Assembly (NCBI GenBank): GCA_020847715.1
Contig: JADLBM010000016.1
Span: 6,919 to 70,918, forward strand
Length of the DNA stretch: 64,000 bases
Source of the DNA: Candidatus Yanofskybacteria bacterium
GTDB taxonomy: Bacteria > Patescibacteriota > Minisyncoccia > 2-02-FULL-40-12 > GWA2-44-9
Direction of reading: 5' to 3'
Shown: one piece after another, positions 9,351 to 18,676 of the stretch
How the letters are laid out: every line of letters begins with the position of its first letter
How positions within the stretch are numbered: the first letter of the stretch is position 1
Notes under the pieces: model-generated
Databases searched by the model: none
What the model saw: only the letters and a program-made list of their open reading frames with translations
What the model was told of the DNA's origin: nothing
Translations under genes and position numbers: made by a program

Positions 9351-10298
9351 CTACTTATCTCGAGCGATGGTCTCCGCAACAATCGCCGCAACCTCGTCGG
9401 GGCTCAGGCGCGAACTCGAACCGTCTTGATTCCGCGGAGATCCGCCGATGGAAGATCCACCGCCCCACCCGGGCTCCCTGTCATTCAGTGCGTGGAGAAT
9501 CGTTCCTTCTTTGCTTGCCGGTCCGACAGGAAAGTCTCCAACTATTTCGCTTTTCTTTCCCACCGTATATCTAAATGATCCGTCGGATAGTTCTTGGTAG
9601 GCGATTGCCCGAGTGTGGCCTGCGGCATAGAGTAAATCAAATACAAAATCATCGCTTTTTGCCATGATCCAACCCGTGCCCGTGTAAGTGATTTCAAATG
9701 TTCGCTCTTTTTCTTCTCGCGTAGCTAGGCCTTCGCCACGTCTCATTTTTTCAATAAGTTCGAGGGTGCCAGCGCTGCACTCTTCAAGAAGCTGCGTAAG
9801 GTCAGTTTCGCTGTATTTTTTCGAGCGGTGCAGATCGGAAACTCTTTTTAGTGGTCCTAAATAGAAAGCATCGGCTAGTTTCGGGTTCCTTGTTGGGTAT
9901 GCTGGTCCGTGTGCATCTACTTTGCCAACCACCTCGACAAGCTCCTGCACGACAGGGTCTCTGGCGAGTTCAGGATGCTTAAGTAAGACATAGGCCATAA
10001 CCGTATCTCCATCAATGTCGTTTATATAAACATTGCAACCGTCGGTTTCGAGTCCAAGTAAAAGCGCGTCTTTCACCTGCTCGCAGGTTGCGCTTGTGAC
10101 AAGACGAACACACTTGTCGTGGTGATCAAATGAAAATCGTTGGTTTCCTGCGTCGACTTCTGGACCCTCCACGGCTCCGTCAAGCGCAATACTCTTCGAT
10201 GGCAACTCTTCAAATTTCCAGACTTTGCCCCGTTCTATGTGCAATATTAAGCGCGGTCCTTTTTCGGCTTGATTATTAAATTGTTCTGATGTGTTCAT
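9351..10298 (-). CDS. DHH-superfamily-like putative phosphoesterase
   Basis: IALDG, FSFDHH, YINDIDGD and a C-terminal GWGGGSSIGGSPR; start ATG 10298. Confidence 0.6.
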   Translation of the reverse strand: MNTSEQFNNQAEKGPRLILHIERGKVWKFEELPSKSIALDGAVEGPEVDAGNQRFSFDHHDKCVRLVTSATCEQVKDALLLGLETDGCNVYINDIDGDTVMAYVLLKHPELARDPVVQELVEVVGKVDAHGPAYPTRNPKLADAFYLGPLKRVSDLHRSKKYSETDLTQLLEECSAGTLELIEKMRRGEGLATREEKERTFEITYTGTGWIMAKSDDFVFDLLYAAGHTRAIAYQELSDGSFRYTVGKKSEIVGDFPVGPASKEGTILHALNDREPGWGGGSSIGGSPRNQDGSSSRLSPDEVAAIVAETIARDK

Positions 10299-10391
10299 GG
10301 AGCATACTTTACCCTCTCCTGCAAAAACCACAAGGCGGCTAAGCGGCCAATTATCCCGCCAGCAGCTTGTTCTCCACGCCGAACATGAGAG

Positions 10392-10419
10392 TTGACAAAT
10401 CCATAATTTGGTGTAAGTT
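10392..10419 (+). promoter_or_regulatory. sigma70-type promoter
   Basis: TTGACA-16 nt-TAAGTT upstream of small ORF 10496. Confidence 0.5.
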
Positions 10420-10495
10420 GAATCCATCGCATCTCTGCAAGAGCCCACCGAGATTGAGCGGATAGCCCCTCATCGGCGAGCTCTTGGGGGACACG

Positions 10496-10672
10496 ATGTA
10501 CTCTGACAGCGAGATCGCAGCAGTGCTCCGCGAAGAGACGCCCATCGTCACCAGCGTCGCGGAGCTCGCAGAACAGCCCGACATCCATTTCGAGGAGGTC
10601 AACGACTGCGCCCCAGGGTGCGTGCTCCATCCGGAGCGCAGCACCGCCGATCACGCCGTGCACGCTGAGTAG
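10496..10672 (+). CDS. Small acidic protein with Cys/His-rich C-terminus (58 aa)
   Basis: Own promoter, G-rich RBS (GGGGGA), downstream hairpin GGCGCCGAT-ACCC-ATCGGCGCC-TCTTTT. Confidence 0.6.
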   Translation: MYSDSEIAAVLREETPIVTSVAELAEQPDIHFEEVNDCAPGCVLHPERSTADHAVHAE

Positions 10673-10797
10673 TACCGCCTGTCGTCACAACGACAGGAAG
10701 GCGCCGATACCCATCGGCGCCTCTTTTATACACACCCTCAGGCATTGCACGCGCATGCGAAGTGCTATCATGCGCGTATCACACACCGCACGGAGGG

Positions 10798-11031
10798 ATG
10801 AAGCAACTCGAGAAACAAAAATCGCATTCGCATCCGGCACCGCTGCCGGAGTCATACCTCCTCTGCCACGAATGCGATGGCACGTGGGTTGATGGTCGCG
10901 CCGGAACATGTGCGCACTGCCCGCTCGATACCGCAAGTCAGGACTTTCATCTCTGTCTCCCGTGCGCGCTGAATGAAAAGCGCTGCCAGCATTGCGGGCA
11001 GGAGATGCCCGTGCGCATTTCGGTCTGCTAA
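10798..11031 (+). CDS. Small zinc-finger protein (four CxxC, 77 aa)
   Basis: CHEC, CAHC, CLPC, CQHC; GGAGG SD; TGCTATCAT extended -10 upstream. Confidence 0.7.
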   Translation: MKQLEKQKSHSHPAPLPESYLLCHECDGTWVDGRAGTCAHCPLDTASQDFHLCLPCALNEKRCQHCGQEMPVRISVC

Positions 11032-11870
11032 CCTGCGCTCGCAGGACGCGTTGCAAGCGTCAGCACATTCTCGAGCACCGCCGCAACAACGAGCGGCCCC
11101 ATACCACCCGGGACAGGCGTGAGCGCCCCAGCGATCTTCGCAACCGAAGCAGCGTCAACATCACCCACATACGCGTTGCCCCGCTTTGCATACCCGAAAT
11201 CAAGCACGAGCGCCCCCTCCTTCACCCACGCGTCGGTAACAAGCCCCGGCACCCCCGCACCGGAAATAATAATGTCCGCTCCCCGTGCGAGAAGTTCCGG
11301 CTGCGGGGTGTCGACATCGATATCAATCACCTCCGCTCCCTGCTGACGGAACCACCGCGCGACCGGAATGCCGATCAATGCGCCCTGCCCCACCACGGCA
11401 ACGCGCGCACCCCGCACATCACGTCCGAGCGCCTGAAGAAGAGTCCGAACCGCCAACGCCGCGGGAGGAAGGATTGGCGAAACGCCATCGGCACATCTCT
11501 GCTCGCTTCGAGACGAAAGGAGATCAACATCTTTCTCTGAAGGAATGAGCGCACAAAATCCGGCGCGATCCCACCCCGTAGGCAGTGGAAGCTCAACGAA
11601 GATGCCGTGCACCTGCTCATCGGCGGCGAGATAGGCCAGCGTCTGCCGCGCACCGGCTTCGTCATCTGCGTCGAACACATATGTCGAGAACTGGATGCCG
11701 GCGGTATGTGCAGCTTTTTGCTTTAGCCGGACGAACGCACGAAGTCCAGGATCATCTCCAGCGACGATAGCCGCGAGATGGAGCGGTGCGCCTAATGCTT
11801 CGACCTGCTCTCGCAGGTCGCTCAGCAGTGCCTCTGCAATGGTCTTCCCCTGGATGATGGTCGCGCTCAT
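11028..11870 (-). CDS. folD: Methylenetetrahydrofolate dehydrogenase/cyclohydrolase FolD
   Basis: IIQGKTIA, VHGIFVELPLP, EKDVD, GDVD, LTPVPGGMGP. Confidence 0.9.
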   Translation of the reverse strand: MSATIIQGKTIAEALLSDLREQVEALGAPLHLAAIVAGDDPGLRAFVRLKQKAAHTAGIQFSTYVFDADDEAGARQTLAYLAADEQVHGIFVELPLPTGWDRAGFCALIPSEKDVDLLSSRSEQRCADGVSPILPPAALAVRTLLQALGRDVRGARVAVVGQGALIGIPVARWFRQQGAEVIDIDVDTPQPELLARGADIIISGAGVPGLVTDAWVKEGALVLDFGYAKRGNAYVGDVDAASVAKIAGALTPVPGGMGPLVVAAVLENVLTLATRPASAG

Positions 11871-11884
11871 GGCGAAAGTATTGG

Positions 11885-12517
11885 TTAGAGATATGCGAGA
11901 ATTTTATCGGCACGGACGGCTCCCTGCCGCAGAATACGCGGGACCCGACCGGACAAGTCTACCACGGTCGATGGGAGAGAATCAGGCAACACCCCCGCAT
12001 CAAGGATCATGTCCGGTTGCGGCGCTGCCCGCTCGAAGGCCGCGCGAATCGCGGGCGCATCATTCGTGGGCTCGGTTCCCGCTGCATTCGCGGATGTACC
12101 AGCGAGTGGGTAGCCGAGGTGACGCAAGAGCATCTGCACGAATGCGTGCTCCGGCGCTCGGATACCGACGGTCTGTCCTCCCCCGCTCATAATAGCCGGA
12201 ACGATAGGCCGGCGCGGAAGAACGAAGGTAACCTTCCCAGGCCAGAACCGCGCGATGAGCGACTCCTGCTCCGGCGTAATATATGCGAGCTCCCGAGCCC
12301 ACGAAATGTCCCGCACAAGCATCGGGAGCGCCTTCACATAGCTTCGATGCTTGATATCGAACACTCGCCCCACCGCCGCGGCATCAAGCGCGTTACATCC
12401 CAGCCCATAGAGCGTGTCGGTCGGATACACTGCCGTCCCGCCACGACGCAACACCGAGACTGCGCGCTCGACGGCGGGCATCATATCTCCGGCAAGATCG
12501 AGTGAGAGTGTTTGCAT
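11885..12517 (-). CDS. tsaC: L-threonylcarbamoyladenylate synthase (TsaC/Sua5/YrdC)
   Basis: YPTDTLYGLG, KHR, FWPGKVT, TSAN, PSTVVD, LRQGA. Confidence 0.92.
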   Translation of the reverse strand: MQTLSLDLAGDMMPAVERAVSVLRRGGTAVYPTDTLYGLGCNALDAAAVGRVFDIKHRSYVKALPMLVRDISWARELAYITPEQESLIARFWPGKVTFVLPRRPIVPAIMSGGGQTVGIRAPEHAFVQMLLRHLGYPLAGTSANAAGTEPTNDAPAIRAAFERAAPQPDMILDAGVLPDSLPSTVVDLSGRVPRILRQGAVRADKILAYL

Positions 12518-12568
12518 GCAGCCCGATGAAGCGCAAGGAGCCCTTGCGGGCTCCTTGGGTCGTTCTCG

Positions 12569-12856
12569 CTATTTCGACTCTTCCTTTTTCTTCTTCGGCT
12601 TCCAGCTTTCCATTTTCGGACGGTCCCACACCTTGTGGTTGACCATCAGGTTGTTGACGGTCGGACTCACCTGCGCCCCCTTAGACATCCAGTATTCGAT
12701 CCGCTCGCGATCGGCCTTGAACGCCTTGGCATGCGGGTCGTAGGTGCCCAAGAGCTCCAGGTACTGGCCCTGGGGTTTCTTGGTGTGCTCCATGACCGCG
12801 ATGCGGAAATGGGCCTGCTTTTTCTTACCGATACGCTGCAGACGAATCTTCAACAT
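12569..12856 (-). CDS. rpsP: 30S ribosomal protein S16
   Basis: MLKIRLQRIGKKKQAHFRI...ELLGTYDP...YWMSKGAQVSPTV. Confidence 0.97.
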   Translation of the reverse strand: MLKIRLQRIGKKKQAHFRIAVMEHTKKPQGQYLELLGTYDPHAKAFKADRERIEYWMSKGAQVSPTVNNLMVNHKVWDRPKMESWKPKKKKEESK

Positions 12857-12897
12857 AGTGCATTATCCTACCAGATATGCGCATTTCTTGCAAGTAT

Positions 12898-12925
12898 TTG
12901 ACATTCCTGCATTTAAAAGTATAAT
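12898..12925 (+). promoter_or_regulatory. Consensus sigma70 promoter
   Basis: TTGACA-16 nt-TATAAT, then GGAGG at 12932 and ATG at 12945. Confidence 0.75.
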
Positions 12926-12944
12926 AAATACGGAGGTGCGAGCA

Positions 12945-13268
12945 ATGTTCGTGTTCAAGCCGGTCGTCCCAGACCTCTCAACGCTCGCCAAGACCATCGG
13001 TGGGCGCATCGAGGTCACCAAGACGCGCACGGGATCGGGCAAGGATCGCTGGATTGCCCGGGTTGTTGGACCAGACGACTGTCATGTCGGCTTCCGATTC
13101 GACGGGAGAAACGCGCAGCTCGGCGTGTTCTCTCCATCGGTAACTGCTCCCACGGCACCGCTCGCGCGGCTCCGCCTTGCGCGACTCCTGTCGCGTCGCA
13201 CATTCGTGATCCGAGAACCTCAGGCCGGGAGAGAGCACTACCTTCCACTGGGGTGCATCCGCCCCTAG
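12945..13268 (+). CDS. Hypothetical protein (107 aa, orphan)
   Basis: Consensus promoter, SD, and terminator CGCCGCCC-CTC-GGGCGGCG-TTCTTTTT. Confidence 0.7.
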   Translation: MFVFKPVVPDLSTLAKTIGGRIEVTKTRTGSGKDRWIARVVGPDDCHVGFRFDGRNAQLGVFSPSVTAPTAPLARLRLARLLSRRTFVIREPQAGREHYLPLGCIRP

Positions 13269-13307
13269 TCATCCCGCCTTATCGCCGCCCCTCGGGCGGC
13301 GTTCTTT

Positions 13308-14012
13308 TTATCTTCCTCCCCACTTCTTGTTCTGCAGAGCATCCTCGGCGGCCGCCTGCTGCGCATCCTGCTTGCTCTGCCCCTGCCCCTCTCCGGCGAG
13401 TTCCTTGCCAAGATACACGCCAATCTTGAACTGACGGGCATGGTCAGGCCCCCACTCTTCCATCACATGATAGGTCGGAGTCACGCTGATGCGCTCTTGT
13501 GCCTCCTCCTGCAGGAGCGACTTCGGGTCGCGGTACAATTTCTTGCTGATAATGTCCGGCAAATGCGTGAGCACAAAGCGGCCGATGAACTCCTTGCACG
13601 CCGAGTACCCGCCATCCAAATACATAGCCCCGATAAGTGCCTCAATAGCATTTGCGAGGATGTATTGCCGAGCACGGCCCGTATCCCGCGCCTCACCACG
13701 CGAAAGCAACATGTGGGCATTCAGATCGAAGTCGTTCGTGATACCCGAAAGCATCGTGGCATTCACGAGCGCGGCGCGCCAATTCGTCATTTCCCCCTCC
13801 GGTGTCGAAGGATAGTGCTCGTAGAGATATTCCGTGACAACCAGCTCGAGCACGGCGTCGCCGAGGAATTCAAGACGCTCATTGTGCCCGACCGGCCAAT
13901 CAGGATGCTCGTTGAGGTACGACCGATGCGTCACCGCATGCCGCAGGAGCGACTGATCCTTGAATGTATATCCGATGCGCTCCTGAAGGAGCGCGAGATC
14001 CTGACTCGACAT
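13308..14012 (-). CDS. rnc: Ribonuclease III
   Basis: THRSY, NERLEFLGDAVL, EALIGAMYLD, dsRBD (DPKSLLQE...SKQDAQQAAA). Confidence 0.97.
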   Translation of the reverse strand: MSSQDLALLQERIGYTFKDQSLLRHAVTHRSYLNEHPDWPVGHNERLEFLGDAVLELVVTEYLYEHYPSTPEGEMTNWRAALVNATMLSGITNDFDLNAHMLLSRGEARDTGRARQYILANAIEALIGAMYLDGGYSACKEFIGRFVLTHLPDIISKKLYRDPKSLLQEEAQERISVTPTYHVMEEWGPDHARQFKIGVYLGKELAGEGQGQSKQDAQQAAAEDALQNKKWGGR

Positions 14013-14086
14013 CCCGCGATGCCCAGCCACACATCACGCACGGCGGCAGCGCCACCATGCTTGGTCTATGGCCAAGGTAGTTATGA

Positions 14087-14569
14087 TTACTCACCCTTCA
14101 CTTCCTCCTCGATTCCCTCTCTATGGGCAGGGGCATCGTCCTTGCCCGGCTCACCCATCTCTTTATAAATGGTCCCCAGCACGCCATTGATGAAACGACC
14201 ACTCGACTCACCCCCGAACGATTTCGCAAGCTCGATCGCTTCGTTGATGGCGACCTTCGGAGGCACCGCCGCACGATCGCCCCACATCAGCTCGTACAGC
14301 CCGAGGCGAAGAACATTGCGGTCCACCATCGCAATTTGGTCGATGGGCCACTGCGGTGCGGCGCGCTCGATGATGCGGTCGATCTCGTCGATGTGCTCGA
14401 GCGTGCCTTTCACCAGCTGGACGATGAACTCAGGCTCCTCGAGACCGCTCCCGAACTCGGCAATCGTGTGCTGCAAGATGTCTGGCAACAGCTCATCCTT
14501 CCGCCCTTTGAAGTCCCACTCGTAGAGGGACTGCATGGCGACTGAACGTGCGAGATGTCGTGAGGCCAA
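14087..14569 (-). CDS. nusB: Transcription antitermination factor NusB
   Basis: [44 protein letters not shown]. Confidence 0.96.
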   Translation of the reverse strand: MASRHLARSVAMQSLYEWDFKGRKDELLPDILQHTIAEFGSGLEEPEFIVQLVKGTLEHIDEIDRIIERAAPQWPIDQIAMVDRNVLRLGLYELMWGDRAAVPPKVAINEAIELAKSFGGESSGRFINGVLGTIYKEMGEPGKDDAPAHREGIEEEVKGE

Positions 14570-14599
14570 GGAACGAGAGCTTATTCCCTACTCCTGCAA

Positions 14600-14821
14600 C
14601 TATTTCTGCTGCTGCTTCTTCTTTTCCGCCTTCTTCATGGTACGAGCAAGCACATTGACCACCTCGCGGCCCTTGTAGTATCCGCAGTGCTTGCACACGG
14701 TGTGCGGCTTGATCATCTTCTTACACTGACCGCAGGCAACGAACGCCTGCTTCTTCAGCGCCAAGTGGCTGCGCCGACGCAGCTGCTTCCCTTTGGCCAT
14801 GTGGTGTCGTGGAACGCCCAT
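14600..14821 (-). CDS. rpmF: 50S ribosomal protein L32
   Basis: MGVPRHH...RRSH...CGQC...PHTVCKHCGYYKGREV. Confidence 0.95.
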   Translation of the reverse strand: MGVPRHHMAKGKQLRRRSHLALKKQAFVACGQCKKMIKPHTVCKHCGYYKGREVVNVLARTMKKAEKKKQQQK

Positions 14822-15058
14822 AGTGGATAATAGATAAGGTGAACGCCGAATACGCGGCTTTCGTAGAGGCAAGAATATCACAAAAGACACCGAGGCGCAA
14901 GCGCTTGCAAAAAGCCCGAAAAATGGCACAAAAATATCAACATTGAGGACTGCGAGGCATAAGACTACAATGCCCCCATGGACCGCCGCCCCTGCCATCT
15001 TCATGCGCCTCCCCAAAGGGCGCTTTTAATTCCCGAAACCCGATAAACTGCCCCCGCT

Positions 15059-18000
15059 ATGCGCTTCGTCCACCTCCACACCCATTCACACTACTCGCTC
15101 CTCGACGGCCTCTCGAAGGTCGATGCGTTGGTGCGCCGAGCAAAAGAGCACGGTATGGACGCCATGGCGATTACCGACCACGGGGTCCTGTATGGTGCAA
15201 TCGAATTCTATAAGAAGGCGACGAAGGCCGGCGTTAAACCGATCATCGGATGCGAAATGTACATCACCGACGGGTCACGCCACGACAAGCGCCCCGGCAT
15301 CGACGCGGATAAACGCTGGCACCTCATCCTCCTCGCCGAAAACGAAACTGGGTACCGCAATCTCGTGAAACTTGTTACTGCAGCACACCTCGAAGGGTTC
15401 TACTACAAGCCACGCATCGACAAAGAGCTTCTCCGTGCGAACCACGATGGCCTCATCGCACTGTCGTCATGCCTTGGCGGAGAGGTCTCGCAAGCACTCC
15501 TGTCGGGCAACGTTGAAAAAGCGAAACAGATTGCCACTGAGTACCGAGCGATTATGGGTGCAGGAAACTATTTTATCGAGCTCCAGCAACACACCAACAT
15601 GCCAGAGCAGAACGAGATGACCCCAAAACTCGTCGCGCTTGCGCGAGAGCTTGGCATCCCGCTCGTCGCAACCCAAGACTCCCACTACTGCACCGCGGAA
15701 GACGCACGAGCGCACGACATCCTCCTCGCCGTTCAGACCGGAAATACCATCCACGACGAGAAACGGTTCACGATGAACCAAGATGATTTCTCATTCTGCT
15801 CCGGCGAGTCGATGCATGAAAAATTCGCTCCCCTTCCGGCCGATGTCGTCGAAGAGGCGTTCGCGAATACCGGAGCCATCGCGGATCGCTGCAATCTGAC
15901 GCTCGAACTGGGAAAGCTCCAGCTCCCCCACTTTCCCCTTCCCGAGGGGCACGAGGATCCGTTCGAATACCTGCGCACACTTGCCTATCAGGGGCTCGAA
16001 CGGCGATTCGGTGCAACACCGGACCCCTCGGTACGCGAGCGGCTCGAGTACGAGCTTGGCGTTATTCGCGAGACAGGATTCTCGGGGTACTTTCTCATCG
16101 TGCAGGATTTCGTGAACTGGGCAAAAGGCCAGGGCATCTTTGTAGGCCCCGGACGCGGCTCCGCTGCCGGATCGCTCCTCTCCTACCTCCTGAATATAAC
16201 GAATGTCGACCCACTGAAGTACAACCTTCTGTTCGAGCGATTCCTCAATCCGGCCCGTATCAGTATGCCGGATATCGACCTCGACTTTGCCGATGCGCGT
16301 CGTGGTGAGGTGCTGAAATATGTTGCCGACAAATACGGCCATGACCACGTTGCTCAGATCATCACATTCGGCACCATGGCGGCTCGCGGCAGCATCCGCG
16401 ACGCAGGACGCGCGCTCGGATACACCTACGAGTTCTGCGATCGCGTCGCGAAGGCTATTCCCGGTGGTCCGGTCCCCGACTATCCCGGCAAACGCGACGG
16501 AAAGTCGTTCTTGGAGCACTGCGCGGAAACCATCGATGAGGTGAAGAGCATGTACCAGAGCGATCCGCAGGTAAAAGCACTCATCGATGCCGCCAGCAAA
16601 CTGGAAGGCGTTGCCCGACACGCATCCACCCATGCCTGCGCGGTCGTGATCACGCCAAAACCCCTCACAGAATACGTGCCGCTCCAGCAGGGCACCCACG
16701 AGAACGACATCATCACCCAGTACGAGATGCATGCGGTCGAGGACCTCGGCCTTCTGAAAATGGACTTCCTCGGCCTTGCAAACCTGACCATCATCGAGGA
16801 CACCCTCACCATGGTCAAGGAAAACCACGGCATCGACATCAATATCGACGCCATCCCCCTCGACGACGCAAAAACCTTCAAGCTCCTGCAGACTGCGCAA
16901 ACGACCGGCGTGTTCCAGCTGGAATCGTCGGGCATGAAGCGCTACCTCAAAGAGCTGAAACCGACCGACGTGGAAGATATTATCGCCATGGTCGCGCTGT
17001 ACCGTCCGGGTCCGATGGACCTTATCCCTGATTATGTCGAACGCAAGCATGGGCGAGCGCGTGTGGAATACCTCCACCCCGCACTGGAACCCATCATGAA
17101 AACGACCTATGGCGTCATGGTCTACCAAGAGCAGCTCATGGCGGCGGTGCGCGCACTGGCAGGATTCTCTCTTGCCGAAGCGGATGTGATGAGAAAAGCG
17201 GTCGGAAAGAAAATCAAATCACTGCTCGACGAGCAGGAAGGAAAGTTCAAAGACGGTTGCGCAAAGAGCGGCACGCCGAAAGTGGTCGCGGACAAGTTCT
17301 GGGAACTGGTCGAACCATTCAACCGATACGCCTTCAACCGCAGTCACGCCGCGTGCTACGCCATGGTGGCCTACCAGACCGCTTACCTGAAGGCGAACTA
17401 TCCCAGCGAGTTCATGGCTGCGTTCATGAACTCGGAAACTGGCGACATCGAACGCATCGCATTCCTTGTCGATGAAGCACGGCAGATGGGCATCCAAGTC
17501 CTCCCGCCGGACGTGAACGAAAGCTTCGAGCGGTTCACCGTCGTCACCGCGTCGCAGGAAGGAGCGCCTCCCGCTCCGGCGCTCCGGTTCGGACTCACCG
17601 CGGTCAAGAATGTCGGACTCGCCATCGTCACCGCCATCATCAACGAGCGCCGCGCGAACGGGCCGTTCGCATCCATCGAGGATCTCATCGCCCGCGTACA
17701 GCACAAGGATATGACCCGCAAGGCGCTCGAGACGCTGGCAAAGTGCGGCGCATGCGACCACTTCGGAGAGCGCAACACCCTCATCGCAAACATCGACACC
17801 CTCATCGTTCATGCGCGGGAGAAACAGAAGCACTCCACGATGGGCCAAGTCTCGCTCTTCGGAGAAGCACTCGAAGCCGAGCTCCCACCGGTGAAGCTTA
17901 CTCCCGCATCCGAGCCGGCGAGCAAGGCGGACCGGCTCCGCTGGGAAAAGGAGCTCATCGGACTCTATGTGAGCGAGCATCCGCTGAGCGACTACCAAGC

Positions 18001-18310
18001 CCGCCTTACGCTTGAGCGCACCACCCCCATCAAAGACCTCCGCCCCATCCCCGGCCAGCAAGCAAAGATTGCGGGACTCGTCGTGAGCAACCACAAGATC
18101 ATCACGAAGACCGGCAAGCAGATGCTCTTTTCGACTATCGAGGACCTCACTGCAAAAATCGAGGTTGTCGTGTTTCCGTCGGTGCTCGAGAAGACCCCCA
18201 ACGCATGGGCGGCAAATACCGTGGTTGTGCTCCAAGGAAAACTCGACAACCGCGACGGCAACCTCAAGCTCCTCTGCGATACCGCAAAGCCAATCGCCAT
18301 CGTTGCATAA
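15059..18310 (+). CDS. dnaE: DNA polymerase III alpha subunit
   Basis: PHP motif HLHTHSHYSLLDG, GPGRGSAAGS, SMPDIDLDF, LLKMDFLGL, YAFNRSHA, C-terminal OB fold. Confidence 0.98.
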   Translation: MRFVHLHTHSHYSLLDGLSKVDALVRRAKEHGMDAMAITDHGVLYGAIEFYKKATKAGVKPIIGCEMYITDGSRHDKRPGIDADKRWHLILLAENETGYRNLVKLVTAAHLEGFYYKPRIDKELLRANHDGLIALSSCLGGEVSQALLSGNVEKAKQIATEYRAIMGAGNYFIELQQHTNMPEQNEMTPKLVALARELGIPLVATQDSHYCTAEDARAHDILLAVQTGNTIHDEKRFTMNQDDFSFCSGESMHEKFAPLPADVVEEAFANTGAIADRCNLTLELGKLQLPHFPLPEGHEDPFEYLRTLAYQGLERRFGATPDPSVRERLEYELGVIRETGFSGYFLIVQDFVNWAKGQGIFVGPGRGSAAGSLLSYLLNITNVDPLKYNLLFERFLNPARISMPDIDLDFADARRGEVLKYVADKYGHDHVAQIITFGTMAARGSIRDAGRALGYTYEFCDRVAKAIPGGPVPDYPGKRDGKSFLEHCAETIDEVKSMYQSDPQVKALIDAASKLEGVARHASTHACAVVITPKPLTEYVPLQQGTHENDIITQYEMHAVEDLGLLKMDFLGLANLTIIEDTLTMVKENHGIDINIDAIPLDDAKTFKLLQTAQTTGVFQLESSGMKRYLKELKPTDVEDIIAMVALYRPGPMDLIPDYVERKHGRARVEYLHPALEPIMKTTYGVMVYQEQLMAAVRALAGFSLAEADVMRKAVGKKIKSLLDEQEGKFKDGCAKSGTPKVVADKFWELVEPFNRYAFNRSHAACYAMVAYQTAYLKANYPSEFMAAFMNSETGDIERIAFLVDEARQMGIQVLPPDVNESFERFTVVTASQEGAPPAPALRFGLTAVKNVGLAIVTAIINERRANGPFASIEDLIARVQHKDMTRKALETLAKCGACDHFGERNTLIANIDTLIVHAREKQKHSTMGQVSLFGEALEAELPPVKLTPASEPASKADRLRWEKELIGLYVSEHPLSDYQARLTLERTTPIKDLRPIPGQQAKIAGLVVSNHKIITKTGKQMLFSTIEDLTAKIEVVVFPSVLEKTPNAWAANTVVVLQGKLDNRDGNLKLLCDTAKPIAIVA

Positions 18311-18337
18311 AAACCCCCGGAGTGTTCCGGGGGTAAC

Positions 18338-18607
18338 CTAGTTGCCCAACGCCCTCCGAACGGTCTTGAACGCCAGATCAAGGACGAGGTACGCGAACCG
18401 CACCTCGTCGGCCGCATCGGGGTCCTGCTCCGCAGCGACACGCATCGCCTCAGACAGGTTCCCGTGAAGTCGCTCGAGCGCCTCCCGATCCGAGAGGCCC
18501 GCGTTTTCACTCGTCATCCCCGCGACCGCCTTCCGGACATTCCCGACGGTCTCTCCAATGATAGCAAGCACCGCCGCGTCGACCTCAGGATCGCTTTCTT
18601 CGGCCAT
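18338..18607 (-). CDS. Hypothetical protein (89 aa, orphan)
   Basis: GGAGGTG SD before ATG 18607; converges on the dnaE terminator (CCCCCGG...CCGGGGG). Confidence 0.65.
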   Translation of the reverse strand: MAEESDPEVDAAVLAIIGETVGNVRKAVAGMTSENAGLSDREALERLHGNLSEAMRVAAEQDPDAADEVRFAYLVLDLAFKTVRRALGN

Positions 18608-18676
18608 AGACACCTCCGCGTGACTCCAGTGAATAGCATCTTCATTTTCTTGTCCAGTTCTGGTATCGTTGCGCGT

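Noticed and set aside
14822-15058. Intergenic rpmF-dnaE region with small hairpins
   Set aside because: The weak stems are explainable as divergent promoters and leaders; no recognisable RNA family.
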